NCBI GenBank assembly: GCA_964508155.1
Contig: CAZDRE010000006.1
Location: forward strand, 7,266-71,265
Origin: an uncultured Candidatus Bathyarchaeia archaeon
GTDB taxonomy: Archaea; Thermoproteota; Bathyarchaeia; Bathyarchaeales; DTEX01
DNA length: 64,000 nt
Direction of reading: 5' to 3'
Shown here: positions 18,667-26,598 of the stretch, one piece after another
How positions within the stretch are numbered: position 1 is the stretch's first letter
Layout of the letters: each line of letters begins with the position of its first letter
Notes under the pieces: generated by a model
What the model was told of the DNA's origin: nothing
Database searches by the model: none
What the model saw: the letters and a program-made list of their open reading frames with translations, nothing else
Program-made: the position numbers and the translations under genes

Positions 18667-19491
18667 ATGTCTGAAGGGAATAATGTCGAGATAATATGCG
18701 TCGGGAATGAGCTTCTCATCGGAAAGACAGTTAATACGAATGCTCATTGGCTTGCTAAGAGGATCACAATTTTGGGGATGAAGGTTCGAAGGATAACGGT
18801 TGTGGGTGACGATTTAGATGAGATAGCTTCTGCCGTGAGGGAGGCTATCAGCCGTAAGCCACGCTTCATTATTACGACAGGGGGGTTAGGACCGACATTC
18901 GATGATAAAACCTTGGAGGGCGTCGCGTTAGGGCTTAATTTGAGGCTTGAAGAGAATGAGGAAGCCCTAAGGATGATAAAGGAGAAGTATGAGAGATATT
19001 ATGCAGAGGGCAGAATTGACAGTTTTGAGATGACGCCTCATAGGGTTAAGATGGGAAGGCTACCTGAAGGGGCAAAGCCGCTGCCGAATCCTGTTGGGAC
19101 GGCTCCTGGGGTTCTTCTTGAGCATGAGAACATAAAGCTGATCATGCTTCCAGGGGTTCCGGAGGAGATGAAGAGCATATTTGATGAATCTGTCGCTCCG
19201 ATGATTCGTGAGGCATCTGGAAACCTAACATTTTATGAGGCGAGCTTGGATGTTAGGAATCTGCCTGAATCTGAATTGGCTCCCATGCTTGACGTAGTCA
19301 TGCATGATAATCCATACGTCTACATAAAGTCTCATCCGAAGAGGTCTGAAGGGACATCTCATCTTGAACTGCACTTTTCAACGACATCTGATGATTCTAA
19401 AGTTGCAAGGCAGAGAATTGAGAGGGCGATTCTTCAGCTCTCCGAGATGATCAGAAAGAAGGGTGGGGCGATCACTCCCGTTAAGGACTGA
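18667..19491 (+). CDS. CinA-like / MoaB-Mog-fold molybdopterin-binding domain protein
   Basis: 274-aa ORF with 'IICVGNELLIGKTVNTNAHWLAKRI' and 'TTGGLGPTFDDKT', typical of the CinA N-terminal domain family. Confidence 0.75.
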   Translation: MSEGNNVEIICVGNELLIGKTVNTNAHWLAKRITILGMKVRRITVVGDDLDEIASAVREAISRKPRFIITTGGLGPTFDDKTLEGVALGLNLRLEENEEALRMIKEKYERYYAEGRIDSFEMTPHRVKMGRLPEGAKPLPNPVGTAPGVLLEHENIKLIMLPGVPEEMKSIFDESVAPMIREASGNLTFYEASLDVRNLPESELAPMLDVVMHDNPYVYIKSHPKRSEGTSHLELHFSTTSDDSKVARQRIERAILQLSEMIRKKGGAITPVKD

Positions 19492-19526
19492 TCGAATTTA
19501 CTCTCACCTCGAGAGATGGTAGAATA

Positions 19527-20291
19527 ATGGTCTATGCAGCATTTATCATCGGAACTGCAGGTTCCGGAAAGTCCCTTTTAACCTCGGCTCTCGTTGAGAA
19601 GATGAGGCAGGAAAGGCAGAATGTTGCGACACTAAACTTGGATCCGGGAGCAATAAGTCTTCCATATTCGCCTGACATAGATGTTCGGGAGCATGTAACG
19701 ATTGATAATCTCATGGAGGAATATAATTTGGGGCCTAATGGAGCTTTGATAATGGCGGCTGATCTTATAGCGAGCAGGATCGAGCAGATTAAAAGTGAGA
19801 TTGAAGAGCTGGATCCTGATGTTCTGATCGTGGATACTCCGGGTCAGATGGAGCTCTTCGCCTTTAGGGTAAGCGGGCCATTTATAGTTCATGCGTTAAG
19901 CGATGAGCCAAAGGCCATAATCTATCTGTTCGATTCGGTCTTTTCTTCTAATCCGCTGAATTACGTCTCAAACATGTTTCTTTCAGCAGCCGTTTACATA
20001 CGCTTTCTCCTTCCACAGATCCATGTTCTTTCGAAGTGCGATTTGGTCTCAAAGTCTGAGTTGGAGGCTATGCTGGAGTGGTCTGAGAGTCCTGAGGCTT
20101 TGGAGGCGGCTATAGATGAGAGATTGGATGATACGAAACGTCTTCTAAGCCATAATGTAAATCAGAGTCTACAGGTTTTGGGTTTGAGTTTCCCATTAAT
20201 ACCTGTTTCGTCGAAGACTAATGAGGGATTGATTGAGCTCAGCGGTATGCTTGAGAGGATCTTCAGGGGAGGAGAGAAGATAACATATTAG
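19527..20291 (+). CDS. GPN-loop GTPase
   Basis: 254-aa ORF with P-loop 'GTAGSGKS', 'NLDPG', GPN motif 'LGPNGAL' and 'DTPGQMELF'. Confidence 0.85.
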   Translation: MVYAAFIIGTAGSGKSLLTSALVEKMRQERQNVATLNLDPGAISLPYSPDIDVREHVTIDNLMEEYNLGPNGALIMAADLIASRIEQIKSEIEELDPDVLIVDTPGQMELFAFRVSGPFIVHALSDEPKAIIYLFDSVFSSNPLNYVSNMFLSAAVYIRFLLPQIHVLSKCDLVSKSELEAMLEWSESPEALEAAIDERLDDTKRLLSHNVNQSLQVLGLSFPLIPVSSKTNEGLIELSGMLERIFRGGEKITY

Positions 20292-20297
20292 GCTCGT

Positions 20298-20918
20298 CTA
20301 TATTATGGTCCAAGCCGCGGCTAATGCGCCGTCCTCGGCGCTTCTAAGATCGTCAGCGCAGACTATTATCGCCACGTCTTCTTCATCAAAATCTATTATG
20401 TCTCTTATCTGCTGATATGCCACCGGATAGGATTTGGAAACGTCCTCCGTGATCGCGGGCATAATCAGTTTATTGTTCCTGTAGATCAGCGTGACGGCTC
20501 CCTTTGCTCCTGCCCTTACCGCAGCATCTCTCTGCTCGATACCCTTCCTAACCTTCTCGGCTCCTCCTCGAACTTGCACTATGACATTATATTCGGCGAA
20601 GGTTAATTCATTCGGACCGATCCTACACATCTTGGGAATAACCTTCTTAATCTCCATGTAGAGCCGTTTACCCTCCTCCGTAAGTGAGCATCCACTCCTA
20701 GACTTCGATATTAATCCAGCCTCAGACAGCCTTGACAGCAGCGTCCTCACAGCTCCTCCGCCTAAACTCAGCTTCTCAGAGAGCTTACCCCTACCTACAG
20801 AGCCAAACTCAGCCAATATCATCAGTGTCTTAACAATATCGAATACGGAGAAGGAAGGCCTCGGACCCGGCATACCACTCGAAACTAGATCCTCAAGAAA
20901 TCCCTTCATAACGACCAC
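20298..20918 (-). CDS. conserved archaeal wHTH-containing protein (DUF4443-like)
   Basis: 206-aa ORF with the N-terminal wHTH-like segment 'GRGKLSEKLSLGGGAVRTLLSRLSEAGLI'. The C-terminal domain is unassigned. Confidence 0.4.
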   Translation of the reverse strand: MVVMKGFLEDLVSSGMPGPRPSFSVFDIVKTLMILAEFGSVGRGKLSEKLSLGGGAVRTLLSRLSEAGLISKSRSGCSLTEEGKRLYMEIKKVIPKMCRIGPNELTFAEYNVIVQVRGGAEKVRKGIEQRDAAVRAGAKGAVTLIYRNNKLIMPAITEDVSKSYPVAYQQIRDIIDFDEEDVAIIVCADDLRSAEDGALAAAWTII

Positions 20919-21103
20919 AAAAATATCTTTGTAAAGAGAACCTTTATAAATGCCATCTCCACAATCGATTCGTCTATTTAAAAACTTTATAAAGAAATTT
21001 TTCGCATTGAGCCTAGAAAATCATGCATCATTCAGAAGGTGGATGACCTCAGCGAACTGAAAAATAAAAGAGGGTGAATGGAGAGTTCAGGAGTGGTGAA
21101 CGC

Positions 21104-21667
21104 TTACGCCGTTACTGAAGTCTCAACGTTACATTCAACGTAATATTGCGCATTCTCGGTGAAGACTGTTATTCCAATAGTTGTTCCAATATCGTTTAGG
21201 CCTATGCTTCCAGGATTCTTAATGTATATCACCATCGTATCTCCAGATGCTAATGGTAGATCTGCACTAGCCTGTGAGAAACTGCCAGTCTGAGAGTCAG
21301 TATACTGGAACGATGACCAATCATGCCCTGAGGTTGCAGGAGGATTCAGTGACGTCGAGAACGAGGAGGATCTCCTAAGGTAGTAGACACTCGACCATGA
21401 AGCCTCGACTCCCCTCACTTGAATCTTATCTATTATCACGTCTCTTCCGCCGACATTATCTATTGCAAACGCTGCGTATGATGTTCCATTGGCGAAGACC
21501 CATATTCTCTGCTTGGTTATCTGGAGGCTCTCTTGCTGTGTTCTAGTAGACGTTATGTTCACAGCATACAGTGCGACTACCCCTGCCAACAGAACTGAAA
21601 CAACTAAGATTATCAGCGCTGTGACCACTGTGCTGAGCGCCTTTCTCTCGTTTAAGAGCCGCCTCAT
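21104..21667 (-). CDS. archaeal type IV pilin-like protein (class III signal peptide)
   Basis: 187-aa ORF. The N-terminus 'RKALSTVVTALIILVVSVLLAGVVALYAV' fits the prepilin-peptidase site [KR][GA][LIF][ST] followed by a hydrophobic helix. Confidence 0.7.
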   Translation of the reverse strand: MRRLLNERKALSTVVTALIILVVSVLLAGVVALYAVNITSTRTQQESLQITKQRIWVFANGTSYAAFAIDNVGGRDVIIDKIQVRGVEASWSSVYYLRRSSSFSTSLNPPATSGHDWSSFQYTDSQTGSFSQASADLPLASGDTMVIYIKNPGSIGLNDIGTTIGITVFTENAQYYVECNVETSVTA

Positions 21668-21763
21668 AATCTCTCACTGGAAAATTCTGCATAGAAGATG
21701 TAATATTTCGGTTTGTGCGTATATCGATTACACAGACAGAAACCAATAATTTCTACACTACTT

Positions 21764-21990
21764 AGTTACTGAGCGAACTCAAATCTGAACTTCAGGTCTA
21801 AACCTAGAGTATAGATAATTCGGGAGAAATATTAATGGTTTCTGAAGATGGTTCTGTTGCGTCTTCGAGGGGTGGGTGGTAGCTTGGCTTGTTGCTTTTC
21901 GAGTGTTGCATTGCGGGAGACGCAACTTCCCCTCTTCTGCTCACCTAGCTTGTCCTCATCGCCGTATGGCTCGTTAGGGCTAGGTTCATA
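21764..21990 (-). ncRNA. candidate TnpB-associated omega/reRNA region (scaffold overlapping the tnpB 3' end, guide-like 15-mer at 21764-21778)
   Basis: The position matches the known TnpB architecture: the scaffold spans the ORF 3' end and right end, with the guide just beyond. Inverted repeats lie at 21856-21863/21919-21926 (GTTGCGTC/GACGCAAC) and 21867-21872/21929-21934 (GAGGGG/CCCCTC). No covariance model was run. Confidence 0.25.
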
Positions 21991-23136
21991 GCTACATTTG
22001 AGGGGCGGTCGAGGGCGAACCACACCCTCCCATCTGAGTAGGTTAATACCTGCTACGATGTGTCTGTTCATTAAGCCGTGTCTTTCGCATTCCACCAGCC
22101 CATTCGGGTATCTCTTCAGCCTAAACCCACATATCGGGCAGGTGGATGAGGAACCCCTGGTGTATCGGCTCTCTACGGTCTTAACGCCCTCCCACAAAGC
22201 CTTATATTCAATCTGGTTGAGGAACTTCCTGAACCACCAGTTGTTCAGTCTTCTCTTGAGTTTCTTAGAGCGCTTTGAGATCAGCTGAACTTTACCGTTG
22301 AACCTGTTGAGTCGTTCACTCTTCGCATTCACGGCTTTCCTTAAGCCCTTCAGGTCCTCATAGATTAAGCCATAATTCTTCTCTCTGCACCATTCTATTA
22401 TGCGTTTTGAGACTTGATGAAGCATCGTGGAGACCTTGTTGCGGTAGTTCCCAGACAGCTTTGAGAGAGCCTTCCTCAATACCCTTCTATCCTTTTGGTA
22501 TCTCCGTTGAAGATTCCTTTTCCTCTCGAAGTATCCGTAACCAGCTTCCTTCAACTTGGATAGGTCGAAGACCTTAACCTCGCCGTCGGAGCTTAAGGCT
22601 GTGACGTTATCCTCATTTATGTCTACTGCGATCCAGCCTTCAGGCTCCTCCGCCTTAACAGTCTTGGAGAAGGCTACATAGACAGCTTTCGAGGTCAGAG
22701 TTACTGAGCGAACCCTATATTCTTCTAGGAGGTCTCTAGCTCTCTTATAGAGCTGTATATGGAGGTATTGTCTAGGCTTTAAGGGTATTCTCAGCATCCC
22801 GTTACCTACTTTAACTGCTTGGTTCCCGATTTTAGCCATGAGCCTTCTAGCTCTAGGAGCCTTAACCCTACTATTTCTCCTCTTAGCTTTCCTGTAATTC
22901 TTGAGGATGACCGTAGCGACCTCTATGGCTGAGAGCACATACCAGCTATGATACCCATATTCCATCAGCCTGTGATAGACCTCTCTCGTAAGCCTAAACC
23001 TCGAGGTTATCCCCTTCTCCAACCCTATGCGGATGCAGTAGTTAACCATATTCCTGAATGCCTCAAGAAGCCTTAGAACATCCTCCGGGGGCTGGTAAGG
23101 TATAGAAACAGCCCTCAATGCCTTGGCCGCTTCCAC
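21832..23136 (-). CDS. tnpB: TnpB-like (IS200/IS605 OrfB) RNA-guided nuclease homologue with non-canonical RuvC-III motif
   Basis: 434-aa ORF with a GTG start. RuvC-I is 'WIAVDINEDN' and RuvC-II is 'LIYEDLKGL'. The zinc finger is 'CPICG...CERHG' (CCCH). The expected 'dRDvNAAiNIl' reads 'NRHIVAGINLL'. A ~65-aa low-complexity C-terminal tail follows. Confidence 0.75.
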   Translation of the reverse strand: MEAAKALRAVSIPYQPPEDVLRLLEAFRNMVNYCIRIGLEKGITSRFRLTREVYHRLMEYGYHSWYVLSAIEVATVILKNYRKAKRRNSRVKAPRARRLMAKIGNQAVKVGNGMLRIPLKPRQYLHIQLYKRARDLLEEYRVRSVTLTSKAVYVAFSKTVKAEEPEGWIAVDINEDNVTALSSDGEVKVFDLSKLKEAGYGYFERKRNLQRRYQKDRRVLRKALSKLSGNYRNKVSTMLHQVSKRIIEWCREKNYGLIYEDLKGLRKAVNAKSERLNRFNGKVQLISKRSKKLKRRLNNWWFRKFLNQIEYKALWEGVKTVESRYTRGSSSTCPICGFRLKRYPNGLVECERHGLMNRHIVAGINLLRWEGVVRPRPPLKCSYEPSPNEPYGDEDKLGEQKRGSCVSRNATLEKQQAKLPPTPRRRNRTIFRNH

Positions 23137-23265
23137 TCCTCATACACCTCCAGAAGCTTCAGTATAACCTCTTCATAGCTTTGCCTAGGATGGACTAAGC
23201 TCCGCCAGCCTCCTCAAAGTTGACCTATGGAGAGCCACCGTCGTCTTTCTATCGATCTCAGACAT
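23115..23265 (-). pseudogene. small RHH/CopG-type (COG1753 VapB-like) gene, frameshifted, overlapping the tnpB start
   Basis: ATG at 23265 gives 'MSEIDRKTTVALHRSTLRRLAELSPS*' (stop at 23185-23187). The +1 frame continues 'VHPRQSYEEVILKLLEVYEEWKRPRH*' (stop at 23115-23117). Joined, they match the 'T..l...T..rL.el....eSy.evI..LLe' antitoxin pattern. Confidence 0.45.
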
Positions 23266-23278
23266 ACAATATCTTGTA

Positions 23279-23301
23279 ATGCCAAGGCATATTTAGAAAT
23301 A
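23279..23301 (-). promoter_or_regulatory. TATA-like box plus 12-bp palindrome upstream of the RHH-like ORF (leaderless-type spacing)
   Basis: The minus strand reads atttctaaatATGCCTTGGCATtacaagatattgtATG. The AT-rich box is centred ~29 nt upstream of the ATG. ATGCC-TT-GGCAT (23279-23290) is a perfect inverted repeat. Confidence 0.4.
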
Positions 23302-23405
23302 TCCAAAGATGCAACGCAAGAAAACCAAAACGCTTTTCTACTACTCACCACTCATAAACGCAACAGAACCCTGAAGATAAAATATTAAGTATCCATCGAT
23401 ATCTC

Positions 23406-24764
23406 TTATCCAACGAACTCGCTGAGGATTCCTTCACGCTTAAGCTCCTTTAATGAATCTTCGAAGCACTCTACTGTATGCTGTAAATCTTCATCACTAT
23501 GCATTATTGATAATATGAATCTTGCACCCATCGGATGCACACCTCGATTTATCATCGCCTTATCCAGATACTCAATTAGCTCCTTATTCATCGCCTTCTT
23601 CCTCTGAAACTCAACGTATCCTTCAATGTCCTTAACCTTCAGATCCTCCTCTGAAAATCCAAATCCAACATAGACTATCGAATCAGTTGTTCCCCAAGCT
23701 AATCCATCAATTCGGGAGTCTTCAAATGCGTCATTTAATGCTCTCCTAAATCTTTCTCCTGCATGATTTATCCGCGGATGAACCTCCCCCTTCAATATCA
23801 AGCCTAAACATGCGTTTCCAGCGGCAGCTGAAAGCGGATTTGCATTAAATGTTCCGGGGTGTCGTATGCGCCTTAGTTCCCAACCCTCTTCATCTTTAAA
23901 ATCAAGCAGTCCCATAATATCTCTTCTTCCAGCAACCGCTCCTCCTGGATATCCGCCGCCTAGGATCTTACCGAGGGTCGAAAGATCCGGAATTACACCG
24001 TATCGTTCTTGAGCTCCTCCCGGGGCATCCCTAAATCCCGTTACAACCTCATCGAATATGAGTATGACATCATTCTCCCTCGTAATCTTCCTTAGCTTTT
24101 CTAGGAACGGCTTGTATGTCGGTAGATATCCCATCGAGGCTCCTCCGGGCTCTAATATTACGCAGGCAACGTCCTCATTTGCTATTGTCTCTTCGACTGA
24201 TTCAACGTCATTTGGAGGGAGCACTATTACGCTTTGCAACGTCCCGTCTGGAATTCCCGGCGGATATGCACCCTCAAGTATATGGGAAAAATCCTGATTG
24301 TAATCTATGATCGTGTAGTCTTGCCATCCGTGGAAGTGTGATAAAAACTTAATTATCTTCTGCTTTCCGGTATATGCCCTTGATAGTCGAAGAGCCATCA
24401 GAGTTGCCTCAGTTCCTGAACTCGTAAACTCCACATATCCATTGCGGGCGCATGGAAGAAGTCTCCTAACCTTCTCGGCCCACTCTATCTCAAGCTCATG
24501 CGATGCTCCGAGGTGCGTTCCTTTTCTCGCCTGTTCAATGGCGGCCTCAGTCACTATTGGATGGGCATGCCCAAGGATTAGAGCTCCATGTCCCATCCAG
24601 TAATCGATGTACTCGTTTCCATCAACATCCCACTTCTTAGAGCCCTTGGCTCCAATACAGTATATTGGCATCGGCTTGAAGTATCTTGCGTCATGTGTTA
24701 CTCCTCTGGCAAACAGTCTTAATGCTCTCTCATAGAGGATCTTAGACCCCGGATGCTTACTCAA
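23406..24764 (-). CDS. class III PLP aminotransferase (glutamate-1-semialdehyde aminomutase-like)
   Basis: 452-aa ORF with 'SGTEATLMALRLSR', 'FDEVVTGFR' and the PLP-lysine region 'LSTLGKILGGGYPGGA'. Confidence 0.8.
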   Translation of the reverse strand: MSKHPGSKILYERALRLFARGVTHDARYFKPMPIYCIGAKGSKKWDVDGNEYIDYWMGHGALILGHAHPIVTEAAIEQARKGTHLGASHELEIEWAEKVRRLLPCARNGYVEFTSSGTEATLMALRLSRAYTGKQKIIKFLSHFHGWQDYTIIDYNQDFSHILEGAYPPGIPDGTLQSVIVLPPNDVESVEETIANEDVACVILEPGGASMGYLPTYKPFLEKLRKITRENDVILIFDEVVTGFRDAPGGAQERYGVIPDLSTLGKILGGGYPGGAVAGRRDIMGLLDFKDEEGWELRRIRHPGTFNANPLSAAAGNACLGLILKGEVHPRINHAGERFRRALNDAFEDSRIDGLAWGTTDSIVYVGFGFSEEDLKVKDIEGYVEFQRKKAMNKELIEYLDKAMINRGVHPMGARFILSIMHSDEDLQHTVECFEDSLKELKREGILSEFVG

Positions 24765-24848
24765 ATACTTCTCATCAATCTTGTTTCCGATGGATTATCC
24801 CTCCTATAATTAGGATTTTTATTTAGCGCTTAGTTATGTCTATTTAAT

Positions 24849-25136
24849 TTAACGTTTAGGTCGCGTCCTCGCCTGTTTCTCATTCTTATGCTCAGAGATC
24901 TTCGATGCAAATCTTCGTTTCAGATATCTTACACATGATCTCTGCATCCTCTTTATGAAGTCTTCATCATTCTCAAGAGCATAAAACTCATTTCTAAGGA
25001 AGCTTAGGCTATCTGGAAGTTCAAGCGGAATGGTTATTACAGGTCTTCCAATAACCCTGCTGAACTCCTTCTTTGCTTCCTCATACTTCTCCATCATCCT
25101 CTCCTTGAAGGAGAGCCACTCCTTAATTTTAGACAT
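24849..25136 (-). CDS. hypothetical small protein
   Basis: 95-aa ORF in an otherwise empty gap, with a charged helical composition. No motif was recognised. Confidence 0.35.
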   Translation of the reverse strand: MSKIKEWLSFKERMMEKYEEAKKEFSRVIGRPVITIPLELPDSLSFLRNEFYALENDEDFIKRMQRSCVRYLKRRFASKISEHKNEKQARTRPKR

Positions 25137-25324
25137 ATAAACCTCCTCTAACGTAAATCATCTCTCAATCCTCAATGATTCCATAAAAATCCAGATGCGT
25201 AAATGCGATGTGCTCGGCAAATTCAATTTTCATCATCGCAGATACCATCTAATTCCACGAAGTAAGATGTAATATTTAAGCTTAGCGCAGAATCTCTTCA
25301 TTCTCTATACGGCCCTTATTATAG

Positions 25325-26587
25325 TTAAAGGCCGAATCTCGCGAGAATATAGATATTCGCTAATAGGAGCTGTGTGAACGTCGTTAGCAGACCTGCCTTT
25401 GTGAATTCTGCGAGGCTGACTTTGAATCCTTCTTTTTTCAGAGCACCAATAGCCATGACCGTGACAACCCCGCTTATCGGAGTCGCCGCTCCTCCCAGAT
25501 TCGAGCCGAATATCAACGCAGACCATACTGGAAGCGGATTACTTAATCCTAAATCCCTAATTATTGGAGTGAATGTTAACGCAACTGCTATGTTGCTAAC
25601 TATCGTGCTTATGAGCCCGCTTGCCCATAGCATAGCCGTGGAAAGTAGGATTCCTCCGCCAGTGATATTTATGAGCATATGGGCTACATCTTTGAGGATT
25701 CCTGTTTTCTCCAATCCCCCCACAATGAAGAAGAATCCTATGAGAAAGAAGATGGTGTCCCAGTCTATACTTCGGAAGATCTCGGCTGAATCAACTCTGC
25801 TAATAGCTAATGCTATGATCGCGCATCCAAGAGCAACGGATTCAGGGGGGATCTTAAGTTTATCATGAAGTACGAAAAGTCCGAGAAAGCCGAGTAGGAG
25901 AAATGCCGACCATAATAGAAGCCTTTTATCCTTTATTCCCTCCCATGGATCAAACTCTGGAACCGGCTTTTTCTCTCCGAGTCTCCGCCTGTAAAACCAG
26001 CAGAGAGTTAGTGTCGTTAAAATCCAGAGGATCAACTCGCACGGCGTGAGGTATGATATGAAATCCGCAAAGCTTAAGCCTGCTGACAAGCCTATAATCA
26101 TGTTTCCAACAGAGCCTATAAGCGTGCTTGTCCCTCCTAGATTTATCATTATGGACGTAGAGACTATGTATGGTATCGGATCATAATCCATTATCCTGCT
26201 TATCGTAGTTGCAGCGGCTGCTATTAGGAGAAGCGCGGTTGAGTCGCTGAGAAACATCGAGACAGCAGCAGATGTAATACATAATATTATAAAGAGCCTA
26301 TATGAGTTTCCCCCTGCAAGTCTAATTATATAAAGTGCTAATAGGCGGAAGAGACCGCTTCTATAGGCGACTTCCATTACAATCATGGTTCCTATGAGAA
26401 GACCTATTAACCTAATATCGATGAAGCCTAAAGCCTCTTCGTAGCTAAAGATTCCATATCCAGTTCCAATCCATAATGCAAATAAAGCTCCAACAAGAGC
26501 CGCGACGGACATTGGAACCATATCGGTTGCTATGAGAAGTAAGGTAAGTAAGTATATCATGATGAAGCTCATCGAGACCGTGTCCAT
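25325..26587 (-). CDS. ArsB/NhaD-superfamily anion permease (citrate-transporter-like)
   Basis: 420-aa polytopic membrane ORF with about 10-12 hydrophobic segments and an internal repeat-like organisation typical of the ArsB/NhaD/CitMHS fold. Confidence 0.6.
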   Translation of the reverse strand: MDTVSMSFIMIYLLTLLLIATDMVPMSVAALVGALFALWIGTGYGIFSYEEALGFIDIRLIGLLIGTMIVMEVAYRSGLFRLLALYIIRLAGGNSYRLFIILCITSAAVSMFLSDSTALLLIAAAATTISRIMDYDPIPYIVSTSIMINLGGTSTLIGSVGNMIIGLSAGLSFADFISYLTPCELILWILTTLTLCWFYRRRLGEKKPVPEFDPWEGIKDKRLLLWSAFLLLGFLGLFVLHDKLKIPPESVALGCAIIALAISRVDSAEIFRSIDWDTIFFLIGFFFIVGGLEKTGILKDVAHMLINITGGGILLSTAMLWASGLISTIVSNIAVALTFTPIIRDLGLSNPLPVWSALIFGSNLGGAATPISGVVTVMAIGALKKEGFKVSLAEFTKAGLLTTFTQLLLANIYILARFGL

Positions 26588-26598
26588 TCCCTAAATTT

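Larger units (their letters stand above)
21779..23301 (-). mobile_element. tnpB-only IS200/IS605-like element or domesticated remnant (ends not defined)
   Basis: A single TnpB-like ORF with no tnpA in the window, inserted between a pilin gene and an aminotransferase gene. The boundaries are inferred only from the promoter-like sequence at 23279-23301 and the guide-like site at 21778. Confidence 0.35.

Noticed and set aside
21489-21749. 86-aa (+) and 67-aa (-) ORFs in the pilin 5' region and spacer.
   Set aside because: They overlap the pilin N-terminus or the putative promoter and omega-RNA spacer, and nothing supports them.
25137-25324. A C/D-box sRNA candidate (minus-strand gcgATGATGAaaattg...).
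   Set aside because: A C-box-like heptamer is present, but there is no CTGA D box at a suitable distance and no terminal stem. The similar ATGATGA at ~48905-48915 was also rejected.
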